A stretch of DNA of 64,000 nt from an uncultured Gemmatimonadales bacterium (GCA_963783305.1 CAWAMW010000016.1:320001-384000), one strand, 5' to 3'. Positions 1 to 12,718 are shown, counted from the first letter of the stretch. A program made the numbers and translations. The notes: a model not told the origin generated them from the sequence alone.

Positions 1-1482
1 CCACCGGGGGTCGAACGTGGCCTCGTAGAGCGAGAGCAGCGCGTCGGCCAGAAGCGCGTGATCCTCCAGAAAGGCGTCGATCTTGGCGACGCCGTCCCGC
101 CACGTCCTCTTCAGCCGACCCTCGGGGCGCAGCTCACGGAGCAGGAACTCCGCGTTCCGCACGGCCGCCTCCAGGTCCTCGCCGCGGCCGATCACGCTGG
201 CGGCGACGGCGTAGGCCTGCAGCATCATGGCGTTCCACGATGTGAGCACCTTCTCGTCCCGTCCTGGCCATTCCCGCTCGGCGCGCTCCCGGTACAGCGC
301 CTCCCGCCCACGCTCCAGGACTTCCTCCAGCCGCTCGGCGGTCACGTTCGCCCGCTCCGCCACCGCCGCCAGGTCGTGATCCACGTGCGGGATACTCCTG
401 CCCTCGAAGTTCCCGGACGCCGCGATGTCGTAATACCCGCGGAAGAGCGGGCCATCGTCGGGGCCCAGGATCCGGTCCACCTCTCCGGGCGTCCAGACGT
501 AGAATCGGCCTTCCTCTCCCTCACTGTCCGCATCCTGCGCGGAGTAGAACCCGCCCTCTCCCGAGGTCATCTCGCGGCGGACGTAATCGAGGATCTCCAG
601 CGCGACCCTTCGCAGCTCGGGGTTTCTGGTTGCCTGATATCCGTGGAGGTAGAGCTGGGCGAGGAGCCCATTGTCGTAGAGCATCTTCTCGAAGTGGGGC
701 ACAAGCCAACGGGCGTCCACGCTGTAGCGGTGGAAGCCGCCGCCCACCTGGTCATAGATGCCGCCGCGCGCCATCCGGAGCAGCGTGTGCTCCGCCATGG
801 TCAGCGCTTCCGCCTGGCCCGTCCGGTGGTGATGGCGCAGGAGGAAGTCCACCGTCATGGGCTGCGGGAACTTGGGCGCGCTGCCGAAGCCGCCGTGCCG
901 GCGATCGTACTGCTCGGCGAGCCGCCGCCACGCCTGGTCCAGGAGGGCCGCATCGAGCTGCTCCCTGGGCGCCGTGAGTCGGGTACTTTCCTCCAGCGCC
1001 GACCGGAGCCGCGTCGCGCTCCCTTCCACCTCGCCGCGCCGCTCACGGTACGCCTCTTCGATCCCTCGCAGGAGGTCCTGGAAGGAGGGGAGCCCGTGCC
1101 GCGGCTCGGGAGGGAAATAGGTGCCGCCGTAAAACGGCTCGCCGTCGGGCGTGAGGAACACCGTCATGGGCCAGCCGCCGTGGCCGGTCATGGTCTGCAC
1201 GGCCGTCATGTACAGGGAGTCCACGTCCGGCCGCTCCTCACGGTCCACCTTCACGTTGATGAAGTGCCGGTTCATGAGCCGCGCAGTGTCCTCGTCTTCG
1301 AACGACTCGTGCGCCATCACGTGACACCAGTGGCACGCCGAGTAGCCGATGGAGAGAAGGACCGGCCGGTCCTCCGACCGCGCTCGCTCGAACGCTTCTT
1401 CACCCCAGGGATACCAGTCCACCGGGTTGTGGGCGTGCTGGCGCAGGTACGGACTGCTCTCTGCGGAGAGGCGGTTCGGCAT
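1..1482 (-). CDS. Thioredoxin-domain protein, YyaL/SPATA20 family (3' part runs off window)
   Basis: Not in ORF track. Minus-strand translation from ATG at 1482: [31 protein letters not shown]...[21 protein letters not shown]...[11 protein letters not shown]...[11 protein letters not shown], the typical N-terminus of this family. Confidence 0.93.
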   Translation of the reverse strand, partial: MPNRLSAESSPYLRQHAHNPVDWYPWGEEAFERARSEDRPVLLSIGYSACHWCHVMAHESFEDEDTARLMNRHFINVKVDREERPDVDSLYMTAVQTMTGHGGWPMTVFLTPDGEPFYGGTYFPPEPRHGLPSFQDLLRGIEEAYRERRGEVEGSATRLRSALEESTRLTAPREQLDAALLDQAWRRLAEQYDRRHGGFGSAPKFPQPMTVDFLLRHHHRTGQAEALTMAEHTLLRMARGGIYDQVGGGFHRYSVDARWLVPHFEKMLYDNGLLAQLYLHGYQATRNPELRRVALEILDYVRREMTSGEGGFYSAQDADSEGEEGRFYVWTPGEVDRILGPDDGPLFRGYYDIAASGNFEGRSIPHVDHDLAAVAERANVTAERLEEVLERGREALYRERAEREWPGRDEKVLTSWNAMMLQAYAVAASVIGRGEDLEAAVRNAEFLLRELRPEGRLKRTWRDGVAKIDAFLEDHALLADALLSLYEATFDPRW

Positions 1483-1511
1483 GCCGGTCCTTCTGGTCTC
1501 GTGACGGTCTG

Positions 1512-1925
1512 CTAGCGCGCGACGACCCGGTCCACGTAGCGGTCGATACCGGCCACGACATCCACGACGTCGGCCTTGGCGTCAGCACTGGCGATGTCCT
1601 TCGCCAGCTCCAGCAGCACCAACCGTACCCGGTCCCGCTCGTCCCCCCCACCGGCGCCCCCACGACCACCGGCGCTCGACCGGCCCCCCCGCTTCGGGCC
1701 GGGCGCCTGGCTCGGCTTCGCTTTCTTCTTCTTCCGCGGCTTCCGCGGCTTCAGCGCCCTCTTCACCTGCAGCGGGTACATGGCGTTGAACTGCCGCGGC
1801 GACAGCGAGGCCACGTTCTCGTCCATTTTGGAGGCCTTCTCGAGCAGCGCCTTGTTGGAAATGTCCGGATCCTTCTTGAGCTCCGATTCTATCATTTCCA
1901 TCACTCTGGGATTCGCGTCAGCCAT
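1512..1925 (-). CDS. Hypothetical protein: helical N-domain, Lys/Arg-rich linker, helical C-domain
   Basis: SD CAGGAG 5 nt before ATG 1925; [18 protein letters not shown]...[27 protein letters not shown]...[16 protein letters not shown]. Confidence 0.8.
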   Translation of the reverse strand: MADANPRVMEMIESELKKDPDISNKALLEKASKMDENVASLSPRQFNAMYPLQVKRALKPRKPRKKKKAKPSQAPGPKRGGRSSAGGRGGAGGGDERDRVRLVLLELAKDIASADAKADVVDVVAGIDRYVDRVVAR

Positions 1926-2120
1926 TGTGTCTCCTGAGGAGAAGGGGGTTTGATCGCTGTACGGGTGAATATTGACAATACGACCGTATATGGGCGCAAA
2001 AGTCAAGATATATTCGACCCGGGCGACCGGGGCGCGGCGTCGCGCGCCATGGCTGGCGTCCGTACCGCACCTCTTCTATCTTCCCGGCCTTCCACCGCAC
2101 GGATCAGAGGAGATGAAAGC

Positions 2121-2672
2121 ATGAAGAGCAGGGTACTGGTGGCGGCACTGGCGCTGGGCGTCCTCGCGTGCGGCGACCCCGAAACCGACGATGACCGCGG
2201 CTACACCAAGGCGCCGCTGGAGAACCCGGGGCTGCTGATCGATGGCGAGGATGCCACCGCGATGGCGGCTGTCAACGGTACCAACCTGCCACGCCCGAGC
2301 ACCGAGTTCGATCAGGCGGGTGAGGCCACGGCCGAGGCCGGAGGGGGCGCGGCGCAGGCGGAAGTGACGCTGGCGCAGGGTGTCTCACAGGAGCAGTACG
2401 ACCAGGGACAGGAGATCTTTTCGGGGCAGGGGGGCTGCCAGGCGTGTCACGGACCCAACGGCTCCGGCTCGACCCTCGCTCCCAACCTCTCCGACGACCA
2501 GTGGCTGCACGTCTCCGGACCGAACCCGGAGGAGATCGCCGGGGTGATCCGCAGCGGCGTGCCCCAGCCCCTCGAGTTTCCGGCGCCCATGCCGCCCATG
2601 GGAGGGGCGAATCTCGACGATCAGCAGATCGAGGCGCTGGCCGGCTACGTGGCCTCACTGAGCCAGGGCTGA
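2121..2672 (+). CDS. Monoheme cytochrome c lipoprotein
   Basis: SD GAGGAG; lipobox VLAC; heme motif CQACH; distal Met region PMPPMGG. Confidence 0.9.
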   Translation: MKSRVLVAALALGVLACGDPETDDDRGYTKAPLENPGLLIDGEDATAMAAVNGTNLPRPSTEFDQAGEATAEAGGGAAQAEVTLAQGVSQEQYDQGQEIFSGQGGCQACHGPNGSGSTLAPNLSDDQWLHVSGPNPEEIAGVIRSGVPQPLEFPAPMPPMGGANLDDQQIEALAGYVASLSQG

Positions 2673-2681
2673 CCCGACACC

Positions 2682-2966
2682 TCAGAAGAGCGGCGGCTTC
2701 GGTCGCTGCGCTCGCTGGAAGAGCTGGATCTGCTCCCGCTCTTCCAGCTTTTGCGCTCTCTGCAGCGCGATCCCCGGTGGGACGTGCCAGTCCACACCCG
2801 CGGAGATCGCCACCGGTGCCGACAGCTTCCCGTCCCGGCGGAACAGAAGGGCGTTGTGCCACGTTCCGTCCGTATCGGGGGTCGATCGTACAAAGACTTC
2901 CTGTCTCTGGCCCTCTATGATCAGGGACCCGAGTCGTTCTTCGACGGCCGGATAGGCGCCTCGCAC
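2682..2966 (-). CDS. Small hypothetical protein
   Basis: GGAGG SD before GTG; 94 aa with protein-like composition, unlike the shadow ORFs. Confidence 0.7.
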   Translation of the reverse strand: MRGAYPAVEERLGSLIIEGQRQEVFVRSTPDTDGTWHNALLFRRDGKLSAPVAISAGVDWHVPPGIALQRAQKLEEREQIQLFQRAQRPKPPLF

Positions 2967-3247
2967 CGTGTTCCTCCACAGCTTGATCGTCGTTCGTTCA
3001 TCTCATCTATCGATACGACGCCGCCCTTCCGGGCACGTCGACGAATACGCCGCTCCGGTCTCATGCCGGCCCGGTTCGCAGGGCCGACCACACGTGCGGC
3101 AAACGCAAGAGGCAGACCGGCCGCGCCGTCCACCCGCGGCCGTCCCGGCGCGACGGAACCTGTCCTGAACGGGTTGCGCGCGAGCGACTCCGCCGGCCAT
3201 GTTCCGCCCCGACCCCTTCACCACCCGGAACGACCGAGAACGAGCGC

Positions 3248-3364
3248 ATGAACCCCGCCGCCACCGTCACCTTCGTCCTGATCGCCGGCTTCGTATGGGG
3301 CGGCCTGATCCTGATTCTTACGCTCGCTGTCCGCAAGGAGCAGGGGAAGGCCGGGGAGGAGTAG
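3248..3364 (+). CDS. 38-aa single-TM protein resembling MetS-family NSS transporter small subunits
   Basis: Below ORF-track cutoff; MNPAATVTFVLIAGFVWGGLILILTLAVRKEQGKAGEE*; WGGL motif in the TM helix; stop 3 nt before carB GTG. Confidence 0.65.
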   Translation: MNPAATVTFVLIAGFVWGGLILILTLAVRKEQGKAGEE

Positions 3365-3367
3365 GCG

Positions 3368-6300
3368 GTGCCCAAGCGCGAAGACCTGAAGACGATCCTC
3401 CTGCTCGGTTCCGGTCCCATCGTCATCGGACAGGGGTGTGAGTTCGACTACTCCGGGACCCAGGCGGTGCGGGCGCTCCGCGAGGAGGGGTACCGCGTCG
3501 TCCTGGTGAACAGCAACCCGGCGACGATCATGACGGACCCCGACCTGGCGGACCGGACCTACATCGAGCCGATCACCCCGGAGTGGGTAGAGCGAATCAT
3601 CGAGCTCGAGCGGCCGGAGGCGCTCCTCCCCACCATGGGCGGCCAGACCGCGCTGAACGTCGCGCTCGAGCTCTACGACCAGGGCGTGCTCGAACGGCAC
3701 GGTGTCGAGCTCATCGGCGCGGACGCCCGCGCCATCCGCATGGCCGAGGACCGGGAGGAGTTCGCCGACGCCATGGCCCGGATCGGGCTCGCGGTCCCTC
3801 ACGGCGGATTCGCCCGCAGCATCGAGGAGGCCTTCGCGATCGTCGAGGATACCGGCTACCCCGCCATCATCCGGCCGTCCTTCACCATGGGCGGCACCGG
3901 CGGGGGCATCGCGTACAATCGCGAGGAGTTCCGGGAGGCGGTGCAGCGCGGCCTCGACCTTTCGCCCGTCCACGAGGTGCTCATCGACCGGAGCGTCATC
4001 GGCTGGAAGGAATACGAGCTCGAGATGATGCGCGACGCCGCCGACAACGTGGTGGTGGTCTGCTCCATCGAGAACATCGATCCCATGGGCGTGCATACCG
4101 GCGACAGCGTCACGGTCGCACCGGCTCTGACCCTCTCCGACGTCGAGTACCAGGCGATGCGGGACGCCGCCATCGCCATCATCCGCGAGATCGGCGTGGA
4201 CGCGGGCGGCTGCAACATCCAGTTCGCCGTGAACCCCGCAGACGGTGAGCTTCTCGTGGTGGAGATGAACCCCCGCGTCAGCCGGTCCTCCGCGCTGGCC
4301 TCCAAGGCCACCGGCTTCCCCATCGCCCGGATCGGCGCGAAGCTCGCCGTGGGATATCGTCTCGACGAGCTGCCGAACGACATCACTCGTCAAACACCCG
4401 CCTCCTTCGAGCCGGTGCTCGATTACGTCGTCGTCAAGTTCCCCCGCTTCGCCTTCGAGAAGTTTCCGGCCGCCGACAACACCCTGACCGTGCAGATGAA
4501 GGCGGTGGGGGAGACCATGGCCATCGGCCGCACCTTCAAGCAGGCGTGGCAGAAGGGGCTCCGCGGGCTGGAGATCGGCCGCGACGGCTGGACCACCGCC
4601 GAGCGCCTCCAGGACGACGGTCTCTCCGACGACTCCCTCGATACGCTCCGCGCCGCGCTCCGCCGCCCCACGCCAGAGCGGCCGTTCCAGCTCAAGCGGG
4701 CGCTCCAGGCGGGTGTCACCCTCACCGAAGTCCACGAGCTGACCGGCATCGACCCCTGGTTCCTCTCCCAGCTCGCCCAGCTCGTACAGGCCGAGCGCGC
4801 GTGGGCGGATTCGGAGTCGGTCGGCCTCGAGGGCGTCGACCAGGCCCGGCTCCGCCGCATGAAGAGACTCGGCTTCAGCGACTCTCAGCTCGCCACCCTC
4901 CGCGGCGTGACCGAGCAGGAGGTCCGCGAGCTGCGCTGGTCGCTCGGCGTACGCCCCACCTACCAGATGGTGGACACCTGCGCCGGCGAGTTTCCGGCGG
5001 CGACGCCCTACCTGTACAGCGCCTACGAGGACGAGACCGAGGCGCCGCCGAGTGATCGGCGGAAGATCATGATCCTCGGGAGCGGGCCGAACCGTATCGG
5101 CCAGGGCATCGAGTTCGACTATTGCTGCGTCCAGGCCGCGCTGGCGCTCCGTGACGATGGCTTCGAGACCATCATGGTCAACTCCAACCCGGAGACGGTA
5201 TCCACCGACTTCGACGTGAGCGACCGCCTCTACTTCGAGCCGCTCACACTCGAGGACGTGCTGGAGATCGTGGAGCGGGAGAAGCCGGAGGGGGTGATCG
5301 TGCAGCTGGGCGGACAGACCCCCCTCAAGCTCGCCGAGCCGCTGGACGCGCTGGGCGTCCCCATCCTCGGCACCACCGTCGATGCCATCGACCGCGCGGA
5401 GGACCGCGACCGCTTCGCCTCCCTCTGCCGTACCATCAATGCGGCCGTCCCGCCCAACGGGATGGCGACCAACGTCGAGGAGGCGGTGTCGGTCGCCGAC
5501 CAAGTGGGCTACCCGGTCCTCGTGCGGCCTTCCTACGTGCTCGGCGGACGGGCCATGGAGATCGTGTACGATGAGCCGTCGCTCAGGAGCTACTTCGAGC
5601 GGACGACGCGGGCCAGCACCGACCGCCCCGTCCTCATCGACCGCTTCCTCGAGGACGCCTTCGAAGCCGACGTGGACGCCGTCTCCGATGGCGAGACCGT
5701 CGTGATCGCCGGCGTCATGCAGCACATCGAGGACGCCGGCGTCCACTCCGGCGACTCCGCCTGCGTCCTTCCCCCCTACATGCTCAAGGACCAGGAAGTG
5801 GACGAGATGAAGAACCTCGCCCGCCGGTTCGCCCGGGAGCTCGGCGTCGTGGGGCTCATGAACGTCCAGTTCGCCATCCGCGACGGAACCGTCTATGTCC
5901 TCGAGGTGAACCCGCGAGGGTCGCGCACCGTCCCCTTCGTGGCGAAGGCGACCGGGATCCCCTTCGCCCGTATCGCTTCACGCGCCATGGCCGGCAGGAC
6001 CCTCGCCGAGGCCGGGCTCGATCCCGACACCGAGCCCGTCCCCGCGGCGGTGGCCGTCAAGGAAGCGGTCTTCCCCTTCGACAAGTTCAACGTCGATGTC
6101 ATCCTGGGGCCGGAGATGCGATCCACGGGCGAGGTGATGGGCTTCGACCCGTCGTTCGGAATGGCCTTCGCCAAGGCCCAGATTTCCGCGGGTGGGTCCC
6201 TGCCCACGACCGGAACCGTGGTCGTCACCGTGAACGACCGGGACAAGCCCACCGTCACGCCCATCGTCCGACGCTTCCACGACCTCGGGTTCCACATCCG

Positions 6301-6640
6301 GGCGACGGGCGGCACCGCCCGCTACCTCCAGGCCCGAGGCATCCCGGCGGAGCCGATCTTCAAGGTGGGCGAAGCCAGGCCCAACATCGGCGATGGCATC
6401 ATCAGCGGCGAGGTCCAGCTGCTGATCAACACACCGCTCGGGAAGAAGTCGCAGTACGACGACTACGCCATGCGCCGCACGGCCATCGCCTACAAGGTGC
6501 CGTACTGCACGACCATGTCGGCGGCCAGCGCGGCCGCGGATGCGGTGACGGCCCTCGCCCGGCGGAAGCGGGAGGTCATGTGCCTCCAGGAGCGCTTCGC
6601 CCTCCAGGCGGATCGCGCCGCGCGGACGGCCGCGAAGTAG
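3368..6640 (+). CDS. carB: Carbamoyl-phosphate synthase large subunit
   Basis: [33 protein letters not shown]; duplicated ATP-grasp halves; [19 protein letters not shown]-terminal MGS domain. Confidence 0.98.
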   Translation: MPKREDLKTILLLGSGPIVIGQGCEFDYSGTQAVRALREEGYRVVLVNSNPATIMTDPDLADRTYIEPITPEWVERIIELERPEALLPTMGGQTALNVALELYDQGVLERHGVELIGADARAIRMAEDREEFADAMARIGLAVPHGGFARSIEEAFAIVEDTGYPAIIRPSFTMGGTGGGIAYNREEFREAVQRGLDLSPVHEVLIDRSVIGWKEYELEMMRDAADNVVVVCSIENIDPMGVHTGDSVTVAPALTLSDVEYQAMRDAAIAIIREIGVDAGGCNIQFAVNPADGELLVVEMNPRVSRSSALASKATGFPIARIGAKLAVGYRLDELPNDITRQTPASFEPVLDYVVVKFPRFAFEKFPAADNTLTVQMKAVGETMAIGRTFKQAWQKGLRGLEIGRDGWTTAERLQDDGLSDDSLDTLRAALRRPTPERPFQLKRALQAGVTLTEVHELTGIDPWFLSQLAQLVQAERAWADSESVGLEGVDQARLRRMKRLGFSDSQLATLRGVTEQEVRELRWSLGVRPTYQMVDTCAGEFPAATPYLYSAYEDETEAPPSDRRKIMILGSGPNRIGQGIEFDYCCVQAALALRDDGFETIMVNSNPETVSTDFDVSDRLYFEPLTLEDVLEIVEREKPEGVIVQLGGQTPLKLAEPLDALGVPILGTTVDAIDRAEDRDRFASLCRTINAAVPPNGMATNVEEAVSVADQVGYPVLVRPSYVLGGRAMEIVYDEPSLRSYFERTTRASTDRPVLIDRFLEDAFEADVDAVSDGETVVIAGVMQHIEDAGVHSGDSACVLPPYMLKDQEVDEMKNLARRFARELGVVGLMNVQFAIRDGTVYVLEVNPRGSRTVPFVAKATGIPFARIASRAMAGRTLAEAGLDPDTEPVPAAVAVKEAVFPFDKFNVDVILGPEMRSTGEVMGFDPSFGMAFAKAQISAGGSLPTTGTVVVTVNDRDKPTVTPIVRRFHDLGFHIRATGGTARYLQARGIPAEPIFKVGEARPNIGDGIISGEVQLLINTPLGKKSQYDDYAMRRTAIAYKVPYCTTMSAASAAADAVTALARRKREVMCLQERFALQADRAARTAAK

Positions 6641-6733
6641 CCGAAACGTGGGGGGGCGGCAGGCCCCCCGCACGCTCTCCACACGAAGTGGCGCGCCGCT
6701 CCCGCGCCCGGCGCCGCCCGAGTAGCGCCGGGC

Positions 6734-6830
6734 ATCCTCGGGCGCTGTTCGCGGGAACTGTTGGCGGACGCAATGGGACGCGCGCATGCCAGGGCGGGAC
6801 CAACACTTCCCGCGAACAGCATCAGAGGGT
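6734..6830. repeat. Long imperfect inverted repeat between convergent carB and ADOP genes
   Basis: GCTGTTCGCGGGAACTGTTGG (6744-6764) pairs with CCAACACTTCCCGCGAACAGC (6800-6820), 20/21 matches; imperfect extension to 6734/6830. Confidence 0.8.
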
Positions 6831-6931
6831 CCGCCCCCGGGCCCACTCCACGGGCCACGCCTGCTCCCATCCGCCGCCGAGTCGAGCCACCACCGGAGCG
6901 CCGCCCGGGGCAGGACGCGTGCTGCGACCAG

Positions 6932-9625
6932 CTAGTCGGCTCGCAAGCTCTCGTTCGGATCCACGTTGGCGGCCCTCCACGCTGGCACTCCGCTGGCCAC
7001 GGCCGCTACCATGAGCATGGTCCCGGCGGCGACAAGGAGGGCCGTCGGAGCGTAGGGGGGCGTTCCGAAGAGCAGGTCGCGGGCGGCCCACGCGCCGTAG
7101 ACTCCGGCGGCGAGACCCAGGACGATGCCGAGTGCCGCCAGACGGACGCCACTGGCGAGTACGGAGCCGACCAACCGGTTCCGGGTGGCGCCCAGGGCGG
7201 CGCGTATGCCCATCTCCGGGCGCCGCTCCGCCACCTCGAAGGCGAGCGCGCTGTACAGGCCCACGGACGCGACGAGGAGCGCCAGGAGCCCGAATGCGGA
7301 GAACAGCGTGGCCCCCAGCCGCCAGGATCGGTAGGACGGGTCGACCACGTCCCTGAATGGCTCGACGGAGACCAGCCTCATGCCCATGGAGCCGAGCTGG
7401 CGCCGGACGGCGGGTGCGAGCGCCTTGGGCGCGGCCGTTCGGACCATGAGCCGGCTGGGCGGCCAGGGGTAGGGCGCGTGAGCCAGCGGGAGGTAGTAGT
7501 GCATGCTCTCGTCCTCCGTGAGGTCGAACCGGTGGTGGTCCTCGACGATCCCCACCACCGTGGCGCACGGCTCCTCCTGGATGATGAGGCAGCCGCCCAG
7601 CGCGTCGCCGCCGGGCCAGACCAGTCCGGCCATGGTTTCGTTCACCACCGCGACCCGGGGTGCGGACTCCGAGTCGTCCGCGTCGCTGAGCCCACGACCC
7701 TGAAGCAGATCGAGGCCCAGCGTCTCGAAGTATTCGCCGGTGACCGCGTGGATATAGGCCCCGCCGGCGCGGGTCCGGGGAAGCGAGTCGAGCCCGGGCA
7801 CACGGAGCTCGTCGCCGATGCTCCGGGCGTTCCGGAAGGGGGTGACCGTGGAAATGGCTGTTCCCTCCACCCCGGCCATGGACCGGATGGATTCCCGGGC
7901 CTCCCGGTACAGCGTGGTCATGGTCTCACCGCCCGGGTACCCGCCCTCAGGCTCCACCCGAACCAGGAGGACGGGGGCGGGGTTGAACCCGAGGTCGACG
8001 TTCTTCGCGGCGTTGAGACTCAGGACGAAGAGCGACGTTCCCACGAGCAGCACCACGGAGATCGCCGCTTGCACGACCAGCAGTCCCGATCGCAGCCCCG
8101 ACCGACCTCGCACCACGCCGCGACCGGACCCCTTCAGCGCCTCCGTCGTCTGGGGCTGACTCGAGCGGAACGCCGGGATGATCCCCGCGAACAGACCCGC
8201 CACGAGTGCGAGGGCACCACTGAAGGCCGCCACCCTCCAAAGGTCGACGCCGCTCTCCCATTCCGCCCCCGGGACCAGCACGCCGCGGACGATGCCCCCG
8301 CCCCAGATCGACACCGCCACCGCCGCCGCCCCGCCGAGGAGCGCCAGCACGACCCCTTCCGTCACCATGGTGCCCACGAGTCGCGCTCGACTCACTCCCA
8401 GCGCCAGCCGAACCGCCGTTTCTCGCCGCTGCCGCATGGAGCGCGCAAGAAGCAGGTTCGCCACGTTCGCGCAGGCGAGGAGCAGGACCATCAGCGCCAC
8501 GCCCATGAGCCACGGCACGATCCGCGCTTCCCGACTCGCCTCGGTCGTCCGGGCCAGGAGCAGCGGCGCCAGCTCGACCGTGGCCTCCGGGTCGTACCGC
8601 TCGTCATCCGCACGCGCCGCCCGATGAACCGTCGTGGCCGCAACGGCCGCGGCCTCCGGCGAAACGTTTGCCGCGAGTCGCGCCACTCCCTCCAGCCAGT
8701 ACCAGCTCCGGCTGTCCACCCATTCGGTCCCCCCCTCCTCCACACTGCCCGCGGGGTACAGCGGAAGCCAGATGTCCACCCGGTCCAGGTCCACCCCCGT
8801 GAACCCTTCCGGTGCCACACCCACGATCGTATACGACGCGTCTCCGGCCGCTACCGTCCGACCGATCGCCCCCGGATCGCCGCCGTACTTCCGCTGCCAG
8901 TAGCCATGCCCGAGCACCGCCACCGGGTCCGCCCCCACTACGTCATCGTCGGGGCCGAAGAAACGCCCCAGGGCGGGCCGCACCCCAAGCGTGGGAAAGA
9001 GACTCGCCGAGGCCAGCGTGACCGGAACCCGCTCTGCCTCCTCGCCCCGTCCCACCACCAGCTCTCGCGACGAGAACACCGCCGTCGACTCGAACACCTC
9101 CAGATCCCGCCAGTCCGCATAATCCGGGTACGGCAGGGTACGTTGAGTGGCGATCTCGCCCGTGGTGCTCCGGCGGATGTTCACGAAGAACCGCTTCACC
9201 GCGTCGGGTTCCTGGATATGCGCGGGCGGCGTCAGGAAGAGGCGGTCCAGAACCCCGAACATGGTGGCGTTGACTCCCACGCCGAGCGCCATCACCGTTA
9301 CCACGGCCGCGGCCAGCAGCGGCGCACGACGCAGGCTGCGAACGGCGTCCCGGACCACACGGCCTGACCCCAGGACGGCGTCCAGGAGCCAGGCCCGGCG
9401 CTCCCGCCCCTTCGCCAGCCGACGCAGCTCTCGACGATACGACGCCTCGTCGCCGAACCGCCGCGCCGCTTCCGCACGCGCCTCTTCTTCACCGAACCCT
9501 TCCGCCACCAGCCGGTGCACCGTCTCCTCCCGATGGAACGCCAGCTCCAGCTCCACCTCACGCTCACTGTCCCCGCCCGCCACACCCAGCCTGAACACCC
9601 GACGAACACTCTCGAACCCGCTCAT
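6932..9625 (-). CDS. ADOP-family duplicated ABC permease (MacB/FtsX-like)
   Basis: N-terminal ELAFHREE...ARAEAARRFGD prefix; LLLACANVANLLLAR; ERRPEMGIRAALGA; ends DPNESLRAD. Confidence 0.93.
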   Translation of the reverse strand: MSGFESVRRVFRLGVAGGDSEREVELELAFHREETVHRLVAEGFGEEEARAEAARRFGDEASYRRELRRLAKGRERRAWLLDAVLGSGRVVRDAVRSLRRAPLLAAAVVTVMALGVGVNATMFGVLDRLFLTPPAHIQEPDAVKRFFVNIRRSTTGEIATQRTLPYPDYADWRDLEVFESTAVFSSRELVVGRGEEAERVPVTLASASLFPTLGVRPALGRFFGPDDDVVGADPVAVLGHGYWQRKYGGDPGAIGRTVAAGDASYTIVGVAPEGFTGVDLDRVDIWLPLYPAGSVEEGGTEWVDSRSWYWLEGVARLAANVSPEAAAVAATTVHRAARADDERYDPEATVELAPLLLARTTEASREARIVPWLMGVALMVLLLACANVANLLLARSMRQRRETAVRLALGVSRARLVGTMVTEGVVLALLGGAAAVAVSIWGGGIVRGVLVPGAEWESGVDLWRVAAFSGALALVAGLFAGIIPAFRSSQPQTTEALKGSGRGVVRGRSGLRSGLLVVQAAISVVLLVGTSLFVLSLNAAKNVDLGFNPAPVLLVRVEPEGGYPGGETMTTLYREARESIRSMAGVEGTAISTVTPFRNARSIGDELRVPGLDSLPRTRAGGAYIHAVTGEYFETLGLDLLQGRGLSDADDSESAPRVAVVNETMAGLVWPGGDALGGCLIIQEEPCATVVGIVEDHHRFDLTEDESMHYYLPLAHAPYPWPPSRLMVRTAAPKALAPAVRRQLGSMGMRLVSVEPFRDVVDPSYRSWRLGATLFSAFGLLALLVASVGLYSALAFEVAERRPEMGIRAALGATRNRLVGSVLASGVRLAALGIVLGLAAGVYGAWAARDLLFGTPPYAPTALLVAAGTMLMVAAVASGVPAWRAANVDPNESLRAD

Positions 9626-9960
9626 GCCTTGGCCTCCGCATCCTGAGCCTCCGCACGCAGCACCTTGAACACCGCCTCCGCGTAGGCCGTCCAGTCCGTC
9701 GCCCCCCGCCGCAACTGCTTCCGGCCAGGCTCCGTCAACCGGTAGAACTTCGCTCGGCGGTTGTTCTCGCTGAGACCCCAGTCACTCTCGAGCCATTTCC
9801 GCTTCTCCATCCGGTGCAGGGCCGTGTAGAGCGCCCCGTCCTCCACATGGAGCGCATCGTCCGTGGTCTTCCGGATCCACTCCGCCACCGCATAGCCGTG
9901 GCGCGGCCCCCAGACGAGCGCCTTGAGCACCAGCACATCCAGCGTCCCCTGCAGCAGCAT
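9622..9960 (-). CDS. PadR-family transcriptional regulator (ADOP-associated)
   Basis: LLQGTLDVLVLKAL...PRHGYAV...VEDGALYTALHRME...SENNRRAKFYRLT; 4-nt overlap with permease. Confidence 0.95.
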   Translation of the reverse strand: MLLQGTLDVLVLKALVWGPRHGYAVAEWIRKTTDDALHVEDGALYTALHRMEKRKWLESDWGLSENNRRAKFYRLTEPGRKQLRRGATDWTAYAEAVFKVLRAEAQDAEAKA

Positions 9961-9989
9961 GGATCTCCGTCCGTGTTCCCAGTGGTCGT

Positions 9990-10038
9990 CCCCTCAAGCG
10001 TTCAGGGGTAGGACGACCGCAATACGGATAGGGTTGCA
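9990..10038 (-). promoter_or_regulatory. Putative ECF-type promoter plus palindromic PadR operator
   Basis: Minus strand TGCAACC-N16-CGTC (10038-10012), followed by palindrome CCCCTCAA-GCG-TTCAGGGG (9990-10008) about 30 nt upstream of padR. Confidence 0.55.
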
Positions 10039-10125
10039 CGGCGGCGCCGAGGCCACCGGTCCGGTTGCAGTCTCCCCGTACCGCGGTGTAGTCTCCCCTG
10101 GACTCAAATCATCGGGAGACCGTCC

Positions 10126-11724
<1,599 letters not shown>

Positions 11725-11737
11725 CGCAGGAGAAGCC

Positions 11738-12718
11738 ATGGGGACCGCAACCGCCACCGCGCTGATCTCACATCCGGCCTGTGCGCTTCACGATACGGGC
11801 TGGAGCCATCCGGAGCACCAGGGTCGACTGCCGGCCATCACGAAGGGCCTGTACCAGGAGACGCCGGCGCTTCTCGGACGTGCGCTCCAGGAGGAGGCGC
11901 CGCTGGCGACCGAGGCCGACCTGCTGCGTGTGCACACCGACCAGCACATCGCCGGTATCCGGGAGGCGGCGGAGCGGGCGGAGGCGGCCGGGTACCCCCT
12001 CGACCTTACCCACGACACGCGTCTTTCCGGCGCCTCGTGGGAGGCCGCGCTCGGAGCGGCGGGGGCGGCCATCCACGCCGCGCGGCTGGTCCTGGACGGT
12101 CGGGCGGAGACCGCGTTCGCGCTGTCCCGTCCGCCCGGCCACCACGCCACGGCGGACCGCGCCATGGGCTTCTGCCTGTTCAACAGCGCGGCGGTGGCGT
12201 CTCGGTGGGCGCAGGCCGAACGCGGCCTCGAGCGTGTGCTGATCCTGGACTGGGACGTCCACCACGGCAACGGCACCCAGGACATCTTCTACGACGACGG
12301 AAGCGTCTATTACATGTCCTTTCATCTCCACCCCCACTACCCCGGCACCGGTCGCGCGGACGAGACGGGCGGAGGTGCGGGGGCCGGCACGACGCGCAAT
12401 GTGCCGCTGGCGCGGGGGACGGAGCCGGAGCGTTACCGTGAGCTGTTCGATCAGGAGGTGCGGGAAGCGATTGCGTCGTTCCAGCCGGGGCTCGTGATCA
12501 TGTCGGCCGGGTTCGACTGCCTCGCGGGGGATCCGCTCGGGGGGCTGCTGCTGGAGCCGGAGGACCTGCACGGAATGACGCGGCTCGTCATGGAGCAGGC
12601 GGCGGCGGTCGGGGCCGGTGTGGTGTCGTTGCTGGAAGGTGGCTATGTCCCGAATCGCGCGGCGGACGGTGCGGTCCAGGTGGTCCGTGCGTTCGCCGGG
12701 CTGCCGTCGTCCGATTGA
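11738..12718 (+). CDS. Histone deacetylase / acetoin-utilisation AcuC-family deacetylase
   Basis: HPEHQGRL, RPPGHHA, MGFCLFN, DWDVHHGNGTQDIFY, SAGFD, LEGGY. Confidence 0.96.
   Translation: MGTATATALISHPACALHDTGWSHPEHQGRLPAITKGLYQETPALLGRALQEEAPLATEADLLRVHTDQHIAGIREAAERAEAAGYPLDLTHDTRLSGASWEAALGAAGAAIHAARLVLDGRAETAFALSRPPGHHATADRAMGFCLFNSAAVASRWAQAERGLERVLILDWDVHHGNGTQDIFYDDGSVYYMSFHLHPHYPGTGRADETGGGAGAGTTRNVPLARGTEPERYRELFDQEVREAIASFQPGLVIMSAGFDCLAGDPLGGLLLEPEDLHGMTRLVMEQAAAVGAGVVSLLEGGYVPNRAADGAVQVVRAFAGLPSSD

Noticed and set aside
58..1515. 485-aa plus-strand ORF
   Set aside because: Antisense shadow of the YyaL-family gene, whose motifs are clear on the minus strand
3218..5746. 842-aa minus-strand ORF
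   Set aside because: Antisense shadow of carB; stop-poor reverse frames are expected at this GC content
6761..9367. 868-aa plus-strand ORF
   Set aside because: Shadow of the ADOP permease; Arg/Pro/His-rich with no motifs
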